A DNA stretch of 64,000 nt. Origin: an uncultured Parabacteroides sp. (GTDB lineage Bacteria > Bacteroidota > Bacteroidia > Bacteroidales > Tannerellaceae). Shown one piece after another: positions 37,716 through 50,444 of this stretch (positions are counted from its first letter, which is position 1; every line of letters begins with the position of its first letter). A program made the translations under genes and the position numbers. Where the stretch lies: positions 39,065 through 103,064 of the forward strand of contig CASEMX010000013.1 of assembly GCA_949289155.1 (NCBI GenBank), read 5' to 3'. Under the pieces are notes generated by a model. The model made no database searches. It worked only from the letters and a program-made list of their open reading frames with translations, and had not been told where the DNA came from.

Positions 37716-39833
37716 TTATTTCTGTTTTTTAGTTGTTTTACTTGTACTCTTTTTCGTCTTTGCTGTTTTCGAAGCTACCGTCTTTTCTTTCGGAGCCTCC
37801 GCCGCAGCTTTTGTTTTCTTGGGTTCTTTGACTTTTCGCAGAACCAAAGCGGAACGCGCCGGAACATACAGTTTCAGCCATTCCTTCTTTTCCTTTTTAT
37901 ACAATGGGTCGAACTGCGTCAAGTGCTGGACGGAATCGTCATTCAAGCCAAATCCGCCGAAGCGCGGCGAGTCGGTATCCAACACGACCTCATATTTTCC
38001 GAGCGGAACCAAGAAGCCATAGTCCGTGAAGGACTTATTCGGGCTGAAGTTGAACACAAACACCAAATCCTTGCGCATATAGGCCAGAATCTGGTCTCCG
38101 TCGTTGTCCCAAACCTTCTGGAGCGGCGTCTTCTGGAAATCCTTCACGCTCCGAATCAGATGAACCATCTCGCGGTCGAAATCGCCCAAGAAATGATACT
38201 TCAAATCCAAGTTATCGACCAGATTCCATTGCCGGCGGGCATATTTATACGACCAACCATTCCCTTCGCGCGGGAAATCTATCCATTCCGGATGCCCGAA
38301 CTCATTGCCCATGAAATTCAAGTAACCGCCATTTATCGTCGAAGCCGTGACCAGACGAATCATCTTGTGGAGCGCCATTCCGCGTTCAACCATGAAGTTG
38401 TGGTCATCCTTCTGCATGTGCCAATACATATCCGCATCAATGAGGCGGAAAATGATGGTCTTGTCGCCTACCAACGCTTGGTCGTGGCTTTCCGCATAGC
38501 TGATGGTCTTCTCATCGGCACGGCGGTTGGTCGTTTCCCACCAAATAGCCGACGGATGCCAGTCCTCGTCTTTCTTTTCCTTTATCGTCTTAATCCAGAA
38601 GTCCGGAATATTCATCGCCATACGGTAATCGAAGCCATAGCCGCCATCTTCTATCTTAGCCGCCAAGCCCGGCATACCACTCACCTCTTCCGCTATCGTA
38701 ATCGCATTCGGGTTGACCTCATGAATCAGCTTGTTTGCCAGCGTCAGATAGGCAATCGCGTCGCCATCCTGATGTCCGTTGTAATAATCTCCGTAATTGC
38801 AGAACGCCTCTCCCAATCCGTGGCTATAATACAGCATCGACGTCACGCCATCGAAGCGGAACCCGTCGAATTTGTATTCCTCCATCCAGAACTTGCAGTT
38901 GGAGAGCAAGAAATGGAGCACTTCGTTTTTGCCATAATCGAAGCATAAAGAGTCCCACGCCGGATGCTCGCGGCGGTCGTTCCCATGGAAGTACAAATCG
39001 TACGAGCCGTCGAAACGGCCTAAGCCTTCCACTTCGTTCTTCACCGCATGGCTGTGGACAATATCCATAATCACTGCCAGCCCCAGCTTGTGTGCTTCGT
39101 CGATGAGCTGCTTCAATTCGTCCGGCGTACCGAAACGGGACGAAGCCGCAAAGAAACTGCTGACATGATAGCCGAACGAGCCGTAATAGGGATGCTCCTG
39201 TATCGCCATAATCTGCACGGCATTGTAGCCCTCCTCGACGATACGCGGCAGGACATGCTCGCGGAATTCATTATAGGTTCCGACCTTCTCCTCGTTGGTC
39301 GCCATCCCGATGTGGCACTCATAAATCATCAGCGGAGAAGTATTGGGTTTGAACTTCTTGGTTTTGAAGACATAGGGTTTGTCCGGGTTCCACACCTGCG
39401 CACTGAAGATTTTCGTCTCATTGTCCTGCACTACGCGGCGAATCCACGCCGGAATGCGTTCGCCGCATCCGCCGTCCCATTCAACCCAGAGCTTAAACAA
39501 ATCCTGATGATGCAATTTATCCAGAGGGAGTGTGATTTCCCATACGCCGTTATCGCCGCGCGTCAGCCGATAGTCCTCCGACTTTTGCCAGCCGTTGAAT
39601 GTGCCTACCATGTAAATAGCAGTAGCATGCGGCGCCCACTCGCGGAAAATCCAACCTTTCGCAGTTTTATGCAATCCGAAATACAAATAACCGGAAGCAA
39701 AATCGGACAAAGACAGCTTTCCGCCGTTCGTCAAGCTCTTCTCTTTGTCCTGCACATACTGATAACGTCCTTCTATGGCTGCTTTATAAGGTTCCAACCA
39801 CGGGTCATTTTTTATTAGATTTAGAGACTCCAT
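37716..39833 (-). CDS. glgB: 1,4-alpha-glucan branching enzyme (GH13) with a Lys-rich C-terminal tail
   Basis: FREWAP, YECHIG, EHPYYGSFGYHV, FRFDGVTSM, AEEVSG and YAESHDQA motifs. Confidence 0.95.
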   Translation of the reverse strand: MESLNLIKNDPWLEPYKAAIEGRYQYVQDKEKSLTNGGKLSLSDFASGYLYFGLHKTAKGWIFREWAPHATAIYMVGTFNGWQKSEDYRLTRGDNGVWEITLPLDKLHHQDLFKLWVEWDGGCGERIPAWIRRVVQDNETKIFSAQVWNPDKPYVFKTKKFKPNTSPLMIYECHIGMATNEEKVGTYNEFREHVLPRIVEEGYNAVQIMAIQEHPYYGSFGYHVSSFFAASSRFGTPDELKQLIDEAHKLGLAVIMDIVHSHAVKNEVEGLGRFDGSYDLYFHGNDRREHPAWDSLCFDYGKNEVLHFLLSNCKFWMEEYKFDGFRFDGVTSMLYYSHGLGEAFCNYGDYYNGHQDGDAIAYLTLANKLIHEVNPNAITIAEEVSGMPGLAAKIEDGGYGFDYRMAMNIPDFWIKTIKEKKDEDWHPSAIWWETTNRRADEKTISYAESHDQALVGDKTIIFRLIDADMYWHMQKDDHNFMVERGMALHKMIRLVTASTINGGYLNFMGNEFGHPEWIDFPREGNGWSYKYARRQWNLVDNLDLKYHFLGDFDREMVHLIRSVKDFQKTPLQKVWDNDGDQILAYMRKDLVFVFNFSPNKSFTDYGFLVPLGKYEVVLDTDSPRFGGFGLNDDSVQHLTQFDPLYKKEKKEWLKLYVPARSALVLRKVKEPKKTKAAAEAPKEKTVASKTAKTKKSTSKTTKKQK

Positions 39834-40020
39834 TTTCTATTTCTATTAATTGGTTCTATGGGCAAAGGTAAACAAAAAAACAGTAGGCAGGTGATTTCTA
39901 ACGGAAAAGTTGCGGGATAGAGCGGGAAAATGCCTATTCTGCCCGGCAAAACAACGGAAAACAGCCCCCCGCACCCACACGCCGAAGGTTTGTATCGGTC
40001 GCATGGTTCGCGTATTAGTA

Positions 40021-40252
40021 CGCCGACGTGATGTACCGGTACATGAGCTCGGCGTACTACTTCGCTGACGTAATGCACCGGTGCATGGGCTCCGCGTACT
40101 ACTTCGCCGACGTGATGCACCGGCACATGGGCTCGGCGAACTACTTCGCCGACGTGTTGCACCGGTGCATAGGCTTGGCGAACTACTTCGCCGATGTGAT
40201 GCACCGGTGCATGGGCTCCGCGTACTACTTCGCCGGTGTTGCACCGGTGCAT
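40021..40252. repeat. 42-bp tandem array, 5.5 units, each with a 14-bp palindrome ATGCACCGGTGCAT or a variant
   Basis: Units at 40021, 40063, 40105, 40147, 40189 and 40231 (partial); no unique spacers. Confidence 0.9.
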
Positions 40253-40357
40253 AGCAAGTGAATTAAATAAAAAATGTTATTATTGCACCGTAACAAGAAA
40301 AGGGTGTACCGAAACGATACGCTCGGCACACCCCCTTCACGGAAAAATAATAACGGT

Positions 40358-41548
40358 TTATTTCAACCGCGCCAACGCCTCCTTGATGCGGCGCATGGCT
40401 TCGATAATATTCTCATCGGACGTCGCATAACTCATGCGGATGCAATCCGGCGCACCGAACGCACCGCCGCCCACGCAAGCCACGTGGCCCACTTCGAGCA
40501 GATACATCGCCATATCCGCCGCGTTGTTAATCTGACGGTCGCCATCCCGTTTTCCGAAATAGGAGCTGCATTTCGGGAACAGATAGAACGCGCCCTGCGG
40601 CATATTCACTTCGAAGCCGGGGATTTCCTTAGCCAGCTTCACAATCAAGTCGCGACGGCGCTGGAAAGCCTGCCGCATCGCTTCCACCGGAGCCTGCGTG
40701 CCGGTATAAGCCGCCTCTGCCGCTTTCTGGGAAACCGAGCAGGGTCCCGACGTATATTGCCCCTGCAATTTGTTCACCGCCTTGACAATCCATTCCGGAC
40801 CCGCGATGAAGCCGATACGCCAACCCGTCATCGCATAGGCTTTCGATACGCCGTTGACAATCACCACGCGGTCGCGGATTTCTTCGAACTGCGCAATGCT
40901 CTCATGCTTCCCGACATAATTGATATGCTCATAAATCTCATCAGCAATGACATAAACCTGCGGATGCTTAGCCAAGACATCAGCCAATCCCTTCAGCTCC
41001 TCCCGGCTATACACCGAACCCGTCGGATTCGACGGCGAGCAAAGAATCAACAACTTCGTCTTCGGCGTGATGGCCTGCTCCAACTGCTCCGGCGTAATCT
41101 TGAAATCCTGTTCGATGCCGGCATAAATCGAGACCGGCGTGCCGTCAGCCAGCTTCACCATCTCCGGATAGCTTACCCAATAAGGCGCCGGGATAATCAC
41201 CTCGTCGCCCGCATTGACCAACGCCATAATCGTATTGCAAACCGACTGCTTGGCTCCGTTCGCACACGAGATTTGCGCCGCAGTATATTCCAATCCGTTT
41301 TCATTCTTCAGCTTCGCCACAATCGCATTGCGCAACGCCGGATAGCCGGCCACCGGAGAATAACGCGAATAGTTCTCGTCGATAGCTTTCTTAGCTGCTT
41401 CTTTGATATGGTCAGGCGTATCGAAATCCGGTTCACCCACACTCAGATTGATGACATCGATACCCTGAGCTTTCAACTCGCCGCTTTTCTGCGACATCGC
41501 CAGCGTCTCCGACGGAGACAGCCGCTGTAATCTTAAAGATGTTTCCAT
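40358..41548 (-). CDS. aspC: Aspartate aminotransferase (class I/II)
   Basis: LSVGEPDF, GAKQS, SPSNPTG, DEIYE and SKAYAMTGWRIG motifs. Confidence 0.88.
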   Translation of the reverse strand: METSLRLQRLSPSETLAMSQKSGELKAQGIDVINLSVGEPDFDTPDHIKEAAKKAIDENYSRYSPVAGYPALRNAIVAKLKNENGLEYTAAQISCANGAKQSVCNTIMALVNAGDEVIIPAPYWVSYPEMVKLADGTPVSIYAGIEQDFKITPEQLEQAITPKTKLLILCSPSNPTGSVYSREELKGLADVLAKHPQVYVIADEIYEHINYVGKHESIAQFEEIRDRVVIVNGVSKAYAMTGWRIGFIAGPEWIVKAVNKLQGQYTSGPCSVSQKAAEAAYTGTQAPVEAMRQAFQRRRDLIVKLAKEIPGFEVNMPQGAFYLFPKCSSYFGKRDGDRQINNAADMAMYLLEVGHVACVGGGAFGAPDCIRMSYATSDENIIEAMRRIKEALARLK

Positions 41549-41560
41549 ATAGATAGACTT

Positions 41561-42775
41561 TTATTTTACATTATGCAAAGTATGTCCCATACGCTCTTTC
41601 TTCGTTCTCAGATAGAACTCGTTGTATTGGTTCGGCGTGACCTCAATCGGCACATTCTCGACCACCGACAAGCCATACGCCTCCAAACCGACACGTTTCA
41701 CCGGATTGTTGGTCATCAGCCTCATCTTCGTAACGCCAATATGTTGGAGAATCTGCGCCCCTACTCCATAATCGCGCTCGTCCGCCTGATGCCCTAAGCA
41801 GATATTCGCCTCGATAGTATCCATGCCGTTCTCCTGCAACTTGTAGGCTTTCATCTTTTCCATCAAGCCAATGCCGCGGCCCTCCTGATTCAAATAAATG
41901 ACAGCCCCCCTGCCCTCTTTTTCAATCATACAAAGCGCCTTATGGAGCTGCTCGCCGCAATCGCAACGCAAAGAACCGAAAATATCCCCCGTCATGCAAG
42001 ATGAATGCACACGAACCAGCACCGGCTCCTCGCCTTTGAGATTCCCTTTTATAATCGCCACATGCTCCAGCCCATTGCTCTTCTGGCGGAAAGGAATAAG
42101 CCGGAAATGCCCGAACTCCGTCGGCAAGTCCACCTCTTCCCCTTGCTCCACGATGGATTCCTGTCTCAATCGGTAAGCAATCAAATCGGCAATGGAAATC
42201 AACTTGATATCATATTCATCGGCAAAACGGCGCAACTCCGGCAAACGAGCCATCGTCCCGTCATCGCTCATGATTTCCATCAAAGCCGCAGCAGGATAAA
42301 GCCCGGCAAGGCGGCACATGTCCACACAAGCCTCAGTATGCCCCGCGCGACGCAGAACGCCCTTTTCTTGTGCATATAATGGATTGATATGTCCCGGACG
42401 GCCGAATGTTTCCGGAGTCGAAGCCGGGTCCGCCAACGCCAATATCGTTGCTGCACGGTCGGCTGCCGATACGCCCGTAGAGCAACCTTCCAGTTTATCA
42501 ATTGTTACCGTAAAAGGAGTCCCTAATACAGAAGTATTATTCATCACCTGATGCGGAAGATTCAACTCTTCGCACCGGGAAATCGTAATCGGTGCACAAA
42601 GCACACCTCTGGCATGCTTCAACATAAAGTTAATTTTCTCGGGAGTAACTTTTTCCGCGGCAATAATCAGGTCGCCTTCGTTCTCACGATCCTCATCATC
42701 TACGACGATAACGAACTTCCCGTCACGGAAATCCTCGATTGCTTCCTCAATCGTGTTTAATTTGTAATCGCTCAT
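41561..42775 (-). CDS. ribBA: 3,4-dihydroxy-2-butanone-4-phosphate synthase/GTP cyclohydrolase II
   Basis: [30 protein letters not shown] and QEGRGIGL motifs. Confidence 0.96.
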   Translation of the reverse strand: MSDYKLNTIEEAIEDFRDGKFVIVVDDEDRENEGDLIIAAEKVTPEKINFMLKHARGVLCAPITISRCEELNLPHQVMNNTSVLGTPFTVTIDKLEGCSTGVSAADRAATILALADPASTPETFGRPGHINPLYAQEKGVLRRAGHTEACVDMCRLAGLYPAAALMEIMSDDGTMARLPELRRFADEYDIKLISIADLIAYRLRQESIVEQGEEVDLPTEFGHFRLIPFRQKSNGLEHVAIIKGNLKGEEPVLVRVHSSCMTGDIFGSLRCDCGEQLHKALCMIEKEGRGAVIYLNQEGRGIGLMEKMKAYKLQENGMDTIEANICLGHQADERDYGVGAQILQHIGVTKMRLMTNNPVKRVGLEAYGLSVVENVPIEVTPNQYNEFYLRTKKERMGHTLHNVK

Positions 42776-44733
42776 ACTTTATTTTCTTTATCTGAATGTT
42801 TACACAAATGTAATGAATATATAATAGAAATAACCTCTTCGCTCACTTTTTGTACCGTCTTTATATCTTGCAGCAACAACTTGCGCTGATAAACCGCCAA
42901 CAGGTAAATCGGGAATCCGAATGGGAAGAAGATGCCAATCGCTACCGCTAAACGTGGATTGATATTCGCATTCAACTGATGATAATTTCCGATAATGGGA
43001 TAATCCATCAACTTGTTCAACAGTAAATTTTGGTCTGAATTTGCTAACTCCTCGACAATGGCTTCCATCTCTTGGGCCAAGGCTTCAGCTGTCCGGTCTT
43101 TTCCTCCGGATTTCCAATAATTGAAATAATTAATCCAACGGCGATGATTCGATATATACTGTTTCGCCTCCATTTGCAAACGCTCTAATCGAGGAACAAG
43201 ACTATCATAATCCGGCGCATAAATAATTACCTCCTTACGCTCAATCTTACGGCCGGCACGCTTCCCAATTAAATTTTTCAGTGCATTCAAATAGGTATCG
43301 GCGTTCAATATTACAGAATCATTTGCCGCTTTATAAGTGAGAAAAGCCCCCAACGGCGTCAATACTGCCGTACTAAGCCACATTCCTTCCCACGCTTCCC
43401 AAATTCCATTTCGCGCCATTTTGTAACCAATATTATCAATAATATAATAGAAGATAAAAAGGAACACGGAAATGACGACCGGCATTCCCAAACCTCCTTT
43501 ACGAATAATGGCGCCCAACGGCGCTCCGATAAAAAAGAACACCAGACAAGCTACAGAAAGCGTGAATTTCTTATGCCATTCGGTTTTATGCAGGCGCATC
43601 CTTTGCGATTCATCGCCGATTGTCGATGCTTTGAATATTAGCTCCGAACGCATATTATCTATCTTCGTTTTCGTTTTGTTTAAAACCGATGATTGTTTAC
43701 CGGGAGACAATGCATTATATATACTGTCTATATTTACATCGATATGCTGCGCTATCAATTCCAATGAATCTACTTTACTAACCTGAATAACCGTATCTTT
43801 TACCGATTTATACTCCGTAAATTGCTGCAGATAGGACTGCCGAATGGCCACCTTGGCATTATCATTGCGAAGGCTGTCCAATCTTATTCCCATCGAATCG
43901 ATAGAGGTTTGTAAACTCTGGAGATTTTTCCCCATATATTGGTTCTGCATAAACGATTCGTCGGTTCGGTTGAAATTTGCATCGAAAGCAATCAAGATAT
44001 CTTTCGTTTCAAATGACTCCCGACGATACGGAACCGCCGATTTAACCTTTCCCCGCTGGCTCTGGCTCTTTAGATTTTCGAATGACTCTCCATTAAAAAG
44101 CGACAATATCAAATACAATTTATCTGCCGACGTTTTCAAACGACCGGAATCCGCCACAATGACTCGCGCATTATTGAATCCCTCAGAATAATCATAAATC
44201 ATCATGTCTTTTAATAGACCTATTTGATTATTCTTTTCTTTTACATACACATTAAATCCGGTAATTTCTTTGTAAAAGACCCCTTCCGGTATTTCCAATT
44301 CTGGAGATTTCTGCTTTATAGAGAATAAAAGGGTAGAAAGCTTGACTTGTGCCACAGGCATGACATAATTCTGGAAAAAAAATGCGCCAATACTCACCAT
44401 ACCAATAAATATAATCAGCGGACGCATAATATGAATCAATGAAACACCCGCCGACTTCATTGCAAGCAATTCGAGACGTTCACCCAAATTACCAAACGTC
44501 ATTAGCGAAGCCAGCAGAATAGCCAACGGCAAAGCCATCGGTACTAAAAACAATGCCGCATAAAAAAACATTTCCGCCAATACAGGAATCGCTAAACCCT
44601 TGCCGACCAAGTCGTCAATGTATCTCCATAGAAACTGCATCAATACAATAAAGAGACAGATTCCGAATGTCATCAAGAATAGCGGCAGAAAAGTCTGCAG
44701 CATAAAAGTATATAATCGTTTTATTTTCAACAT
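42772..44733 (-). CDS. LptF/LptG (YjgP/YjgQ) family permease
   Basis: [26 protein letters not shown] and [12 protein letters not shown] motifs. Confidence 0.88.
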   Translation of the reverse strand: MLKIKRLYTFMLQTFLPLFLMTFGICLFIVLMQFLWRYIDDLVGKGLAIPVLAEMFFYAALFLVPMALPLAILLASLMTFGNLGERLELLAMKSAGVSLIHIMRPLIIFIGMVSIGAFFFQNYVMPVAQVKLSTLLFSIKQKSPELEIPEGVFYKEITGFNVYVKEKNNQIGLLKDMMIYDYSEGFNNARVIVADSGRLKTSADKLYLILSLFNGESFENLKSQSQRGKVKSAVPYRRESFETKDILIAFDANFNRTDESFMQNQYMGKNLQSLQTSIDSMGIRLDSLRNDNAKVAIRQSYLQQFTEYKSVKDTVIQVSKVDSLELIAQHIDVNIDSIYNALSPGKQSSVLNKTKTKIDNMRSELIFKASTIGDESQRMRLHKTEWHKKFTLSVACLVFFFIGAPLGAIIRKGGLGMPVVISVFLFIFYYIIDNIGYKMARNGIWEAWEGMWLSTAVLTPLGAFLTYKAANDSVILNADTYLNALKNLIGKRAGRKIERKEVIIYAPDYDSLVPRLERLQMEAKQYISNHRRWINYFNYWKSGGKDRTAEALAQEMEAIVEELANSDQNLLLNKLMDYPIIGNYHQLNANINPRLAVAIGIFFPFGFPIYLLAVYQRKLLLQDIKTVQKVSEEVISIIYSLHLCKHSDKENKV

Positions 44734-44811
44734 TACCCTTATCCTTGCGATTGGTCGGACAAAAGTAGTGCAAAAAAACGATAATATCCGCTTTTTATCT
44801 GTAAAACATGC

Positions 44812-45195
44812 CTAAATTCCCAATGTGCGCTTAAGCGTATCTACTTGCGAATCCCAAAGACCTATGGCATCTTCCTTCTCATCCGGCTCGGCAAAGTCGG
44901 TTATCTGAAGCGATGTGGTCCCCGTCAGTTCAAGTGTATGGATTAAAAATTCAAAATAGGTGAAAGGCTCCGGGTCTTCTATCCAACGATACCGGATACA
45001 AACCTCAGGCGTTATAAGAATGGCTCGTGCTTTTTGCTCCTCTTTATGCCACATAAACGTATATTCATTGTTCTTTACTGTCACCTTATCCGCAAACCAA
45101 GCTGCCAATCCTAAAGGGGTCGTCAATTGGTTCCACAGGCTAACCAACGAAACGTTGTTAAGGACATACTCAACAGAGAATCTTTCTTTTTTCAT
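44812..45195 (-). CDS. START/SRPBCC-like domain protein
   Basis: LW..LTTP.GLA.WFAD.V and FEF.I...ELT..T.L.ITDFAE pattern. Confidence 0.75.
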   Translation of the reverse strand: MKKERFSVEYVLNNVSLVSLWNQLTTPLGLAAWFADKVTVKNNEYTFMWHKEEQKARAILITPEVCIRYRWIEDPEPFTYFEFLIHTLELTGTTSLQITDFAEPDEKEDAIGLWDSQVDTLKRTLGI

Positions 45196-45397
45196 GATAG
45201 ATTGTAATTAATAACGGCGCAATTTAGGAAAAAGGTTTGATATTATCAAAAAAATATCAGAAAAAAGTTTCTCATAATTAATTATTTACTATTCCCTCTC
45301 AGAAAAAAGGATGAAAAAACTTACTAAAACGCTTGCGTAGTTCAAAAATAACCTCTACTTTTGCAGCGTCAATCAGAAATGATAACGACAAAACGAT

Positions 45398-45471
45398 GGC
45401 GAGATAGCTCAGCTGGTTAGAGCGCATGATTCATAATCATGAGGTCCCCGGTTCAATCCCGGGTCTCGCTA
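45398..45471 (+). tRNA. tRNA with CAT anticodon, probably elongator tRNA-Met
   Basis: GGCGAGA/TCTCGCT acceptor, CATGA-TTCATAA-TCATG anticodon arm; lacks initiator features. Ile2 not formally excluded. Confidence 0.93.
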
Positions 45472-45734
45472 CTAAAAAAGGCAAGCCGCTGCGAATTTCG
45501 CAACGGCTTTTTCTTTGTTCCAATCCGCAAAAGAAATGAAATGTAGGACAGGACAAAAAAAGAGAATTGCATTAAACAATTGACGGCACATAAGAAAAGA
45601 TAAAACAAAGAACTTTATTCTCTCTTCTTTTTGGTAATTTATCCGATATTTCATATATTTGCAACCGATAGTGAGGTTTAAGGAGGGGGCGAATAGTCCC
45701 TTTTTTTATACAAAAATTAAAAAAGCTACGAAGT

Positions 45735-46202
45735 ATGATAGACAAGAATGTAATTGTACAATTGGCAGAAGAAAAATTAGCTTCATCTTCCAACTATTTA
45801 GTGAGTGTAGATGTGCAGCCTGGGAATATAATTATAGTAGAAATTGATAATGATGAAGCTGTTTCAATTGACGATTGTGTAGAGCTAAGCCATTATATAG
45901 AAGATCACTTAGACCGAGACGCTGATGATTTTGAATTAGAAGTAGGCTCTGCCGGAATAACTTCTCCGTTTAAAGTACTTCGCCAATATCTAAAGAATAT
46001 AGGGAACGAAGTAGAAGTCCTGACTAAAAATGGTGTCAAATTGACCGGCATATTAAAATCTGCTAATGAAAATAGCTTTATTATAACGGTAGAAAAACAG
46101 GTTAAGCCTGAAGGGGCTAAGCGTAAAATCACCATCGAAGAGGATTTATCTTTCACTTATAATGAAATAAAATACACAAAATATTTAATTAGATTCAAGT
46201 AA
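45735..46202 (+). CDS. rimP: Ribosome maturation factor RimP
   Basis: SIDDC..LS and FELEVGSAG motifs; upstream of nusA. Confidence 0.94.
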   Translation: MIDKNVIVQLAEEKLASSSNYLVSVDVQPGNIIIVEIDNDEAVSIDDCVELSHYIEDHLDRDADDFELEVGSAGITSPFKVLRQYLKNIGNEVEVLTKNGVKLTGILKSANENSFIITVEKQVKPEGAKRKITIEEDLSFTYNEIKYTKYLIRFK

Positions 46203-46204
46203 TT

Positions 46205-47470
46205 ATGGCCAGAAAAGAGGAAACTGTCAGTATGATTGATACCCTTGCGGAGTTCAAGGAGTTGAAAAATATCGATAAGGATACGATGATTAGCGTATTG
46301 GAAGAATCTTTCCGCAACGTAATCGCTAAAATGTTCGGAACAGATGAAAATTACGATGTAATCATCAATCCGGAGAAAGGAGATTTTGAAATTTGGAGAA
46401 ATCGAAAAGTCGTAGCTGATAATGAAGTTGAAGATACGAATTTACAGATTTCATTGAGTGCTGCCCGCCAAATTGATCCGGATTGTGAAGTGGGCGAAGA
46501 TTTGACTGACGAAGTAAACTTTGCAGATTTCGGTCGTCGTGCTATTTTGAATCTGCGTCAAACACTGGCTTCCAAGATTCTTGAACTACAAAAAGATAGT
46601 TTATTTGCTAAATACAAAGATAAAATAGGCACAATCGTTGCTGCTGATGTTTATCAAGTATGGAAAAAAGAAATGTTACTGCTCGATGATGAAGGAAATG
46701 AGTTGCTATTACCGAAGCAGGAACAAATTCCGGGCGATTACTACCGCAAAGGAGAAACAGCCCGTGCCATCGTATTACGAGTAGATAACATCAATAACAA
46801 TCCGAAAATTATTCTTTCTCGTACAGATAAAATGTTCTTGCAACGTTTGTTCGAATTAGAAGTGCCTGAAATCAATGACGGATTAATTACCATTCGCGCT
46901 ATTGCCCGCATTCCGGGTGAACGAGCAAAGGTTGCCGTCGAATCGTATGATGATCGTATTGATCCGGTAGGAGCATGTGTCGGCATGAAAGGTTCTCGTA
47001 TCCACGGAATCGTACGCGAGCTAAGAAATGAAAATATCGACGTAATCAACTATACGTCGAATGTTTCCTTATTTATCCAGCGAGCATTGGCCCCTGCTAA
47101 AATTTCTTATATACGTATAAATGAAGAAGAAAAACGCGCTGAAGTCTATTTGCAACCTGAAGAAGTATCGCTGGCGATTGGAAAAGGAGGATTGAATATA
47201 AAGTTAGCTTGTATGCTAACAGAATATGCAATTGATGTATTCCGTGATATTGACGATACAGATGAAGAAGATATTTATCTGGATGAGTTTGCAGACGAAA
47301 TAGACGGATGGGTAATTGACGCGCTGAAAAATATCGGATGCTATACAGCAAAGAATGTATTAGCAATACCAAGAGATGAGCTTGTTGAGCGTGCTGACTT
47401 AGAGGAATCGACAGTAGATGACGTATTGCACATTTTAGCTGCCGAGTTTGAGGATAATAATAATAAATAA
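46205..47470 (+). CDS. nusA: Transcription factor NusA
   Basis: S1 and KH domains; [13 protein letters not shown] and DPVGACVG motifs. Confidence 0.97.
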   Translation: MARKEETVSMIDTLAEFKELKNIDKDTMISVLEESFRNVIAKMFGTDENYDVIINPEKGDFEIWRNRKVVADNEVEDTNLQISLSAARQIDPDCEVGEDLTDEVNFADFGRRAILNLRQTLASKILELQKDSLFAKYKDKIGTIVAADVYQVWKKEMLLLDDEGNELLLPKQEQIPGDYYRKGETARAIVLRVDNINNNPKIILSRTDKMFLQRLFELEVPEINDGLITIRAIARIPGERAKVAVESYDDRIDPVGACVGMKGSRIHGIVRELRNENIDVINYTSNVSLFIQRALAPAKISYIRINEEEKRAEVYLQPEEVSLAIGKGGLNIKLACMLTEYAIDVFRDIDDTDEEDIYLDEFADEIDGWVIDALKNIGCYTAKNVLAIPRDELVERADLEESTVDDVLHILAAEFEDNNNK

Positions 47471-47490
47471 GTTTTACGACAAAGTTTGAT

Positions 47491-50361
47491 ATGCCTATAA
47501 GATTAAGAGATGTATTAAAGAAAATGAACGTAGGAATCAACACTGCGGTTGAATTCCTACACCGGAAAGGTTTTACAGAAATAGAAGCAAATCCAAATAC
47601 CCGGTTAGATGATGCTCAATATGCTTTGCTCGTAAAGGAATTCGGCAAAAATGCTCCTTCTTTGCAATCCAAAGAATCACAAGCACAAAAACTCGAAAAG
47701 AGAAAAGAAATATCAGCCCAGAAAAATGAAACGGGAGCTGCTATTATCAAAACTGAAATTCCTGAAGAATTCCGTCCAAAAATCATAATGAAGGGACATA
47801 TTGATTTAGATAATAATAAGAAAAAGGGAGAACCTGATGTTCAACTACAGGATACTGATGCTAAAGAGGCGAAGTCTGTAGAGTCACCAAAAGTACCTGA
47901 CGCAACAGAAACGGTTGAACAAAGTATTGAGATAAAAGAAAAAGATAGTATTGTGGATAAAAAAGAATCCGAAGATATACAACCAGAAATGGTCAATCTG
48001 GAAAAGGAAAATAATCAGGCAACAGAACCGGAAAAATTAACATCTAATGAAGATGAAAATAATGAACTTTTCCGATTGAGTACTCCAAGATTTGAGTCAA
48101 ATATCAAGATAACCGGCAAAATCGATTTGGATGCATTAAACCAATCGACTCGCCCGAATCCCAAAAAGAAAAAAGACGACAGACGGAAAGAACGCGATGA
48201 CAAGTCAAATAGTAATCGACAAGGGCTGTCTAATTTCAAAACAGGCAAAGAGGGACTGAAAGTTGCAAGTTTTAATCCAAACAAAGGAATTGAAACAGAA
48301 GACGTAGATGGGAAGAAAAAACGTAAACGCATAAAAAAAGATCGCATCAATGTAGATAACATTGCTAATCAAAGCAATAATATTCGTAAGGATAAAGATC
48401 GTCGCGATGACCGTAAGCCTCGTTTAAAAAAGCCTGTAAAAACGGAGGTCAGCGAAGAAGATGTTCAGAAACAAATCAAAGAGACATTAGCTCGCTTGAC
48501 AAATAAAGGAAATAAGGCAAATAAAGGAGCTAAATATCGTCGCGATAAACGTGATGCTATCCAGAAACGTGAACATGAATTGCAAGAGCAGGAAGAAAAG
48601 GAAAGCAAAATCTTGAAATTGACAGAGTTTGTGACGGCAAACGACTTGGCAAATATGATGGATGTTCCTGTTACAAAAGTTATTGCAACTTGCATGAGCA
48701 TCGGCATTATGGTTTCTATCAACCAACGTTTGGATGCAGAAACGATTAATATCGTAGCCGAAGAATTCGGTTTCCAAACGGAGTATGTAAGTGCTGACGT
48801 AGTAGAAGCTATTAAAGCGGATGAAGAAGAAGATAATGAAGAAGATTGGGTTCCGCGTCCACCAATTGTAACGGTAATGGGACACGTTGACCATGGTAAA
48901 ACTTCGTTATTAGACAATATTCGAAATGCGAACGTTATTGCCGGAGAAGCAGGTGGTATCACACAACATATCGGAGCATATAATGTAACTTTATCGAACG
49001 GACGTCATATCACTTTCTTGGATACGCCTGGACACGAAGCCTTCACTGCCATGCGTGCTCGTGGGGCTAAAGTTACCGATATTGCAATTATCATCGTTGC
49101 TGCTGACGACGCCGTAATGCCTCAAACAGTGGAAGCCATTAACCATGCTTCTGCAGCAGGTGTTCCAATAGTATTTGCCATTAATAAAATTGATAAACCT
49201 CATGCCAATCCCGATAAGATTAAGGAAGAATTGGCTAATATGAATTACTTGGTTGAAGATTGGGGTGGTAAATATCAATGTCAAGAAATTTCTGCTAAAA
49301 AAGGAATCGGTGTAGATGACTTATTAGAAAAAGTACTGTTAGAAGCTGATTTGCTTGACTTGAAAGCAAACCCGAAGCGCCGGGCAACCGGTTCTATCAT
49401 CGAATCATCGTTAGATAAAGGACGAGGATATATTTCAACGGTCTTGGTTGAAAATGGAACATTGAAAATGGGTGATATCGTATTGGCGGGAACACATTAT
49501 GGACGTATCAAAGCAATGTTCAACGAACGTAATCAGCGCGTACAGCAGGCAGGACCATCCGAGCCTGTATTGATTCTGGGTTTGAACGGTGCTCCACAAG
49601 CAGGCGATACATTCCATGTATTAGAGACAGAACAGGAAGCACGAGAAATAGCAAATCGCCGTGAACAATTACAGCGAGAATTAGGCTTACGAACACAGAA
49701 GATGCTGACTTTGGACGATATTGGTCGCCGTATTGCTGTTGGTAGTTTCCAAGAATTGAATGTAATTGTAAAAGGTGACGTGGACGGTTCAGTAGAAGCT
49801 CTATCCGACGCTTTAATTCGTTTATCTACAGAAGAGATACAAGTAAATGTTATCCACAAGGCTGTTGGTCAGATTTCTGAATCAGATGTTACCTTGGCTG
49901 CTGCATCTAATGCAATTATTATCGGATTCCAAGTACGCCCGTCTCAACTTGCGCGTCGTAGTGCGGAAAAAGAGGGTGTGGAAATCCGCTTATATTCGAT
50001 TATCTACGATGCCATCAACGAGGTAAAGAGTGCAATGGAAGGTATGCTTTCTCCTGAAATCCGCGAAGAGATTACTGCAAATGTCGAAGTACTGCAAGTC
50101 TTCAAGATTTCAAAAGTTGGAACAGTTGCCGGCTGTATAGTGAAAGAAGGTAAGATTAAACGTACGAACAAGATTCGCTTGATTCGTGATGGTATTGTTA
50201 TCTATTCTGGAGAACTCGGTTCACTGAAACGTTTTAAAGATGATGCTAAAGAAGTTGTAGCTGGACAGGACTGTGGTCTGAATATTACTAATTTCAATGA
50301 TATCCAGGTAGGCGACATTATTGAAGCATACGAAGAAACCGAAATTAAGAAGACGCTATAA
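47491..50361 (+). CDS. infB: Translation initiation factor IF-2
   Basis: [24 protein letters not shown] and NKID motifs. Confidence 0.98.
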   Translation: MPIRLRDVLKKMNVGINTAVEFLHRKGFTEIEANPNTRLDDAQYALLVKEFGKNAPSLQSKESQAQKLEKRKEISAQKNETGAAIIKTEIPEEFRPKIIMKGHIDLDNNKKKGEPDVQLQDTDAKEAKSVESPKVPDATETVEQSIEIKEKDSIVDKKESEDIQPEMVNLEKENNQATEPEKLTSNEDENNELFRLSTPRFESNIKITGKIDLDALNQSTRPNPKKKKDDRRKERDDKSNSNRQGLSNFKTGKEGLKVASFNPNKGIETEDVDGKKKRKRIKKDRINVDNIANQSNNIRKDKDRRDDRKPRLKKPVKTEVSEEDVQKQIKETLARLTNKGNKANKGAKYRRDKRDAIQKREHELQEQEEKESKILKLTEFVTANDLANMMDVPVTKVIATCMSIGIMVSINQRLDAETINIVAEEFGFQTEYVSADVVEAIKADEEEDNEEDWVPRPPIVTVMGHVDHGKTSLLDNIRNANVIAGEAGGITQHIGAYNVTLSNGRHITFLDTPGHEAFTAMRARGAKVTDIAIIIVAADDAVMPQTVEAINHASAAGVPIVFAINKIDKPHANPDKIKEELANMNYLVEDWGGKYQCQEISAKKGIGVDDLLEKVLLEADLLDLKANPKRRATGSIIESSLDKGRGYISTVLVENGTLKMGDIVLAGTHYGRIKAMFNERNQRVQQAGPSEPVLILGLNGAPQAGDTFHVLETEQEAREIANRREQLQRELGLRTQKMLTLDDIGRRIAVGSFQELNVIVKGDVDGSVEALSDALIRLSTEEIQVNVIHKAVGQISESDVTLAAASNAIIIGFQVRPSQLARRSAEKEGVEIRLYSIIYDAINEVKSAMEGMLSPEIREEITANVEVLQVFKISKVGTVAGCIVKEGKIKRTNKIRLIRDGIVIYSGELGSLKRFKDDAKEVVAGQDCGLNITNFNDIQVGDIIEAYEETEIKKTL

Positions 50362-50368
50362 ATAAACT

Positions 50369-50442
50369 GAAGAATGAAGGGTTAAGAATGAAGAAGCATT
50401 ATTCTCATTCTTGATTCTTCATTTTGAATTCTTCATTTTGAA
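50369..50442. repeat. Heptamer-repeat hairpin (AGAATGA)n/(TTCTTCA)n
   Basis: Degenerate 7-mers followed by their complements, after infB. Confidence 0.7.
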
Positions 50443-50444
50443 AG

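Noticed and set aside
40021-40252. CRISPR array (also considered for 52493-52680 and 55191-55339)
   Set aside because: Units are contiguous with no unique spacers, and there are no cas genes in the window.
39821-40261. ORFs of 77-143 aa over the 42-bp array (and those over 9629-10395 and 52497-52781)
   Set aside because: Open frames arise from the repeat period or palindromic GC-rich sequence; they are repetitive, lack a plausible start context, and occur in several frames.
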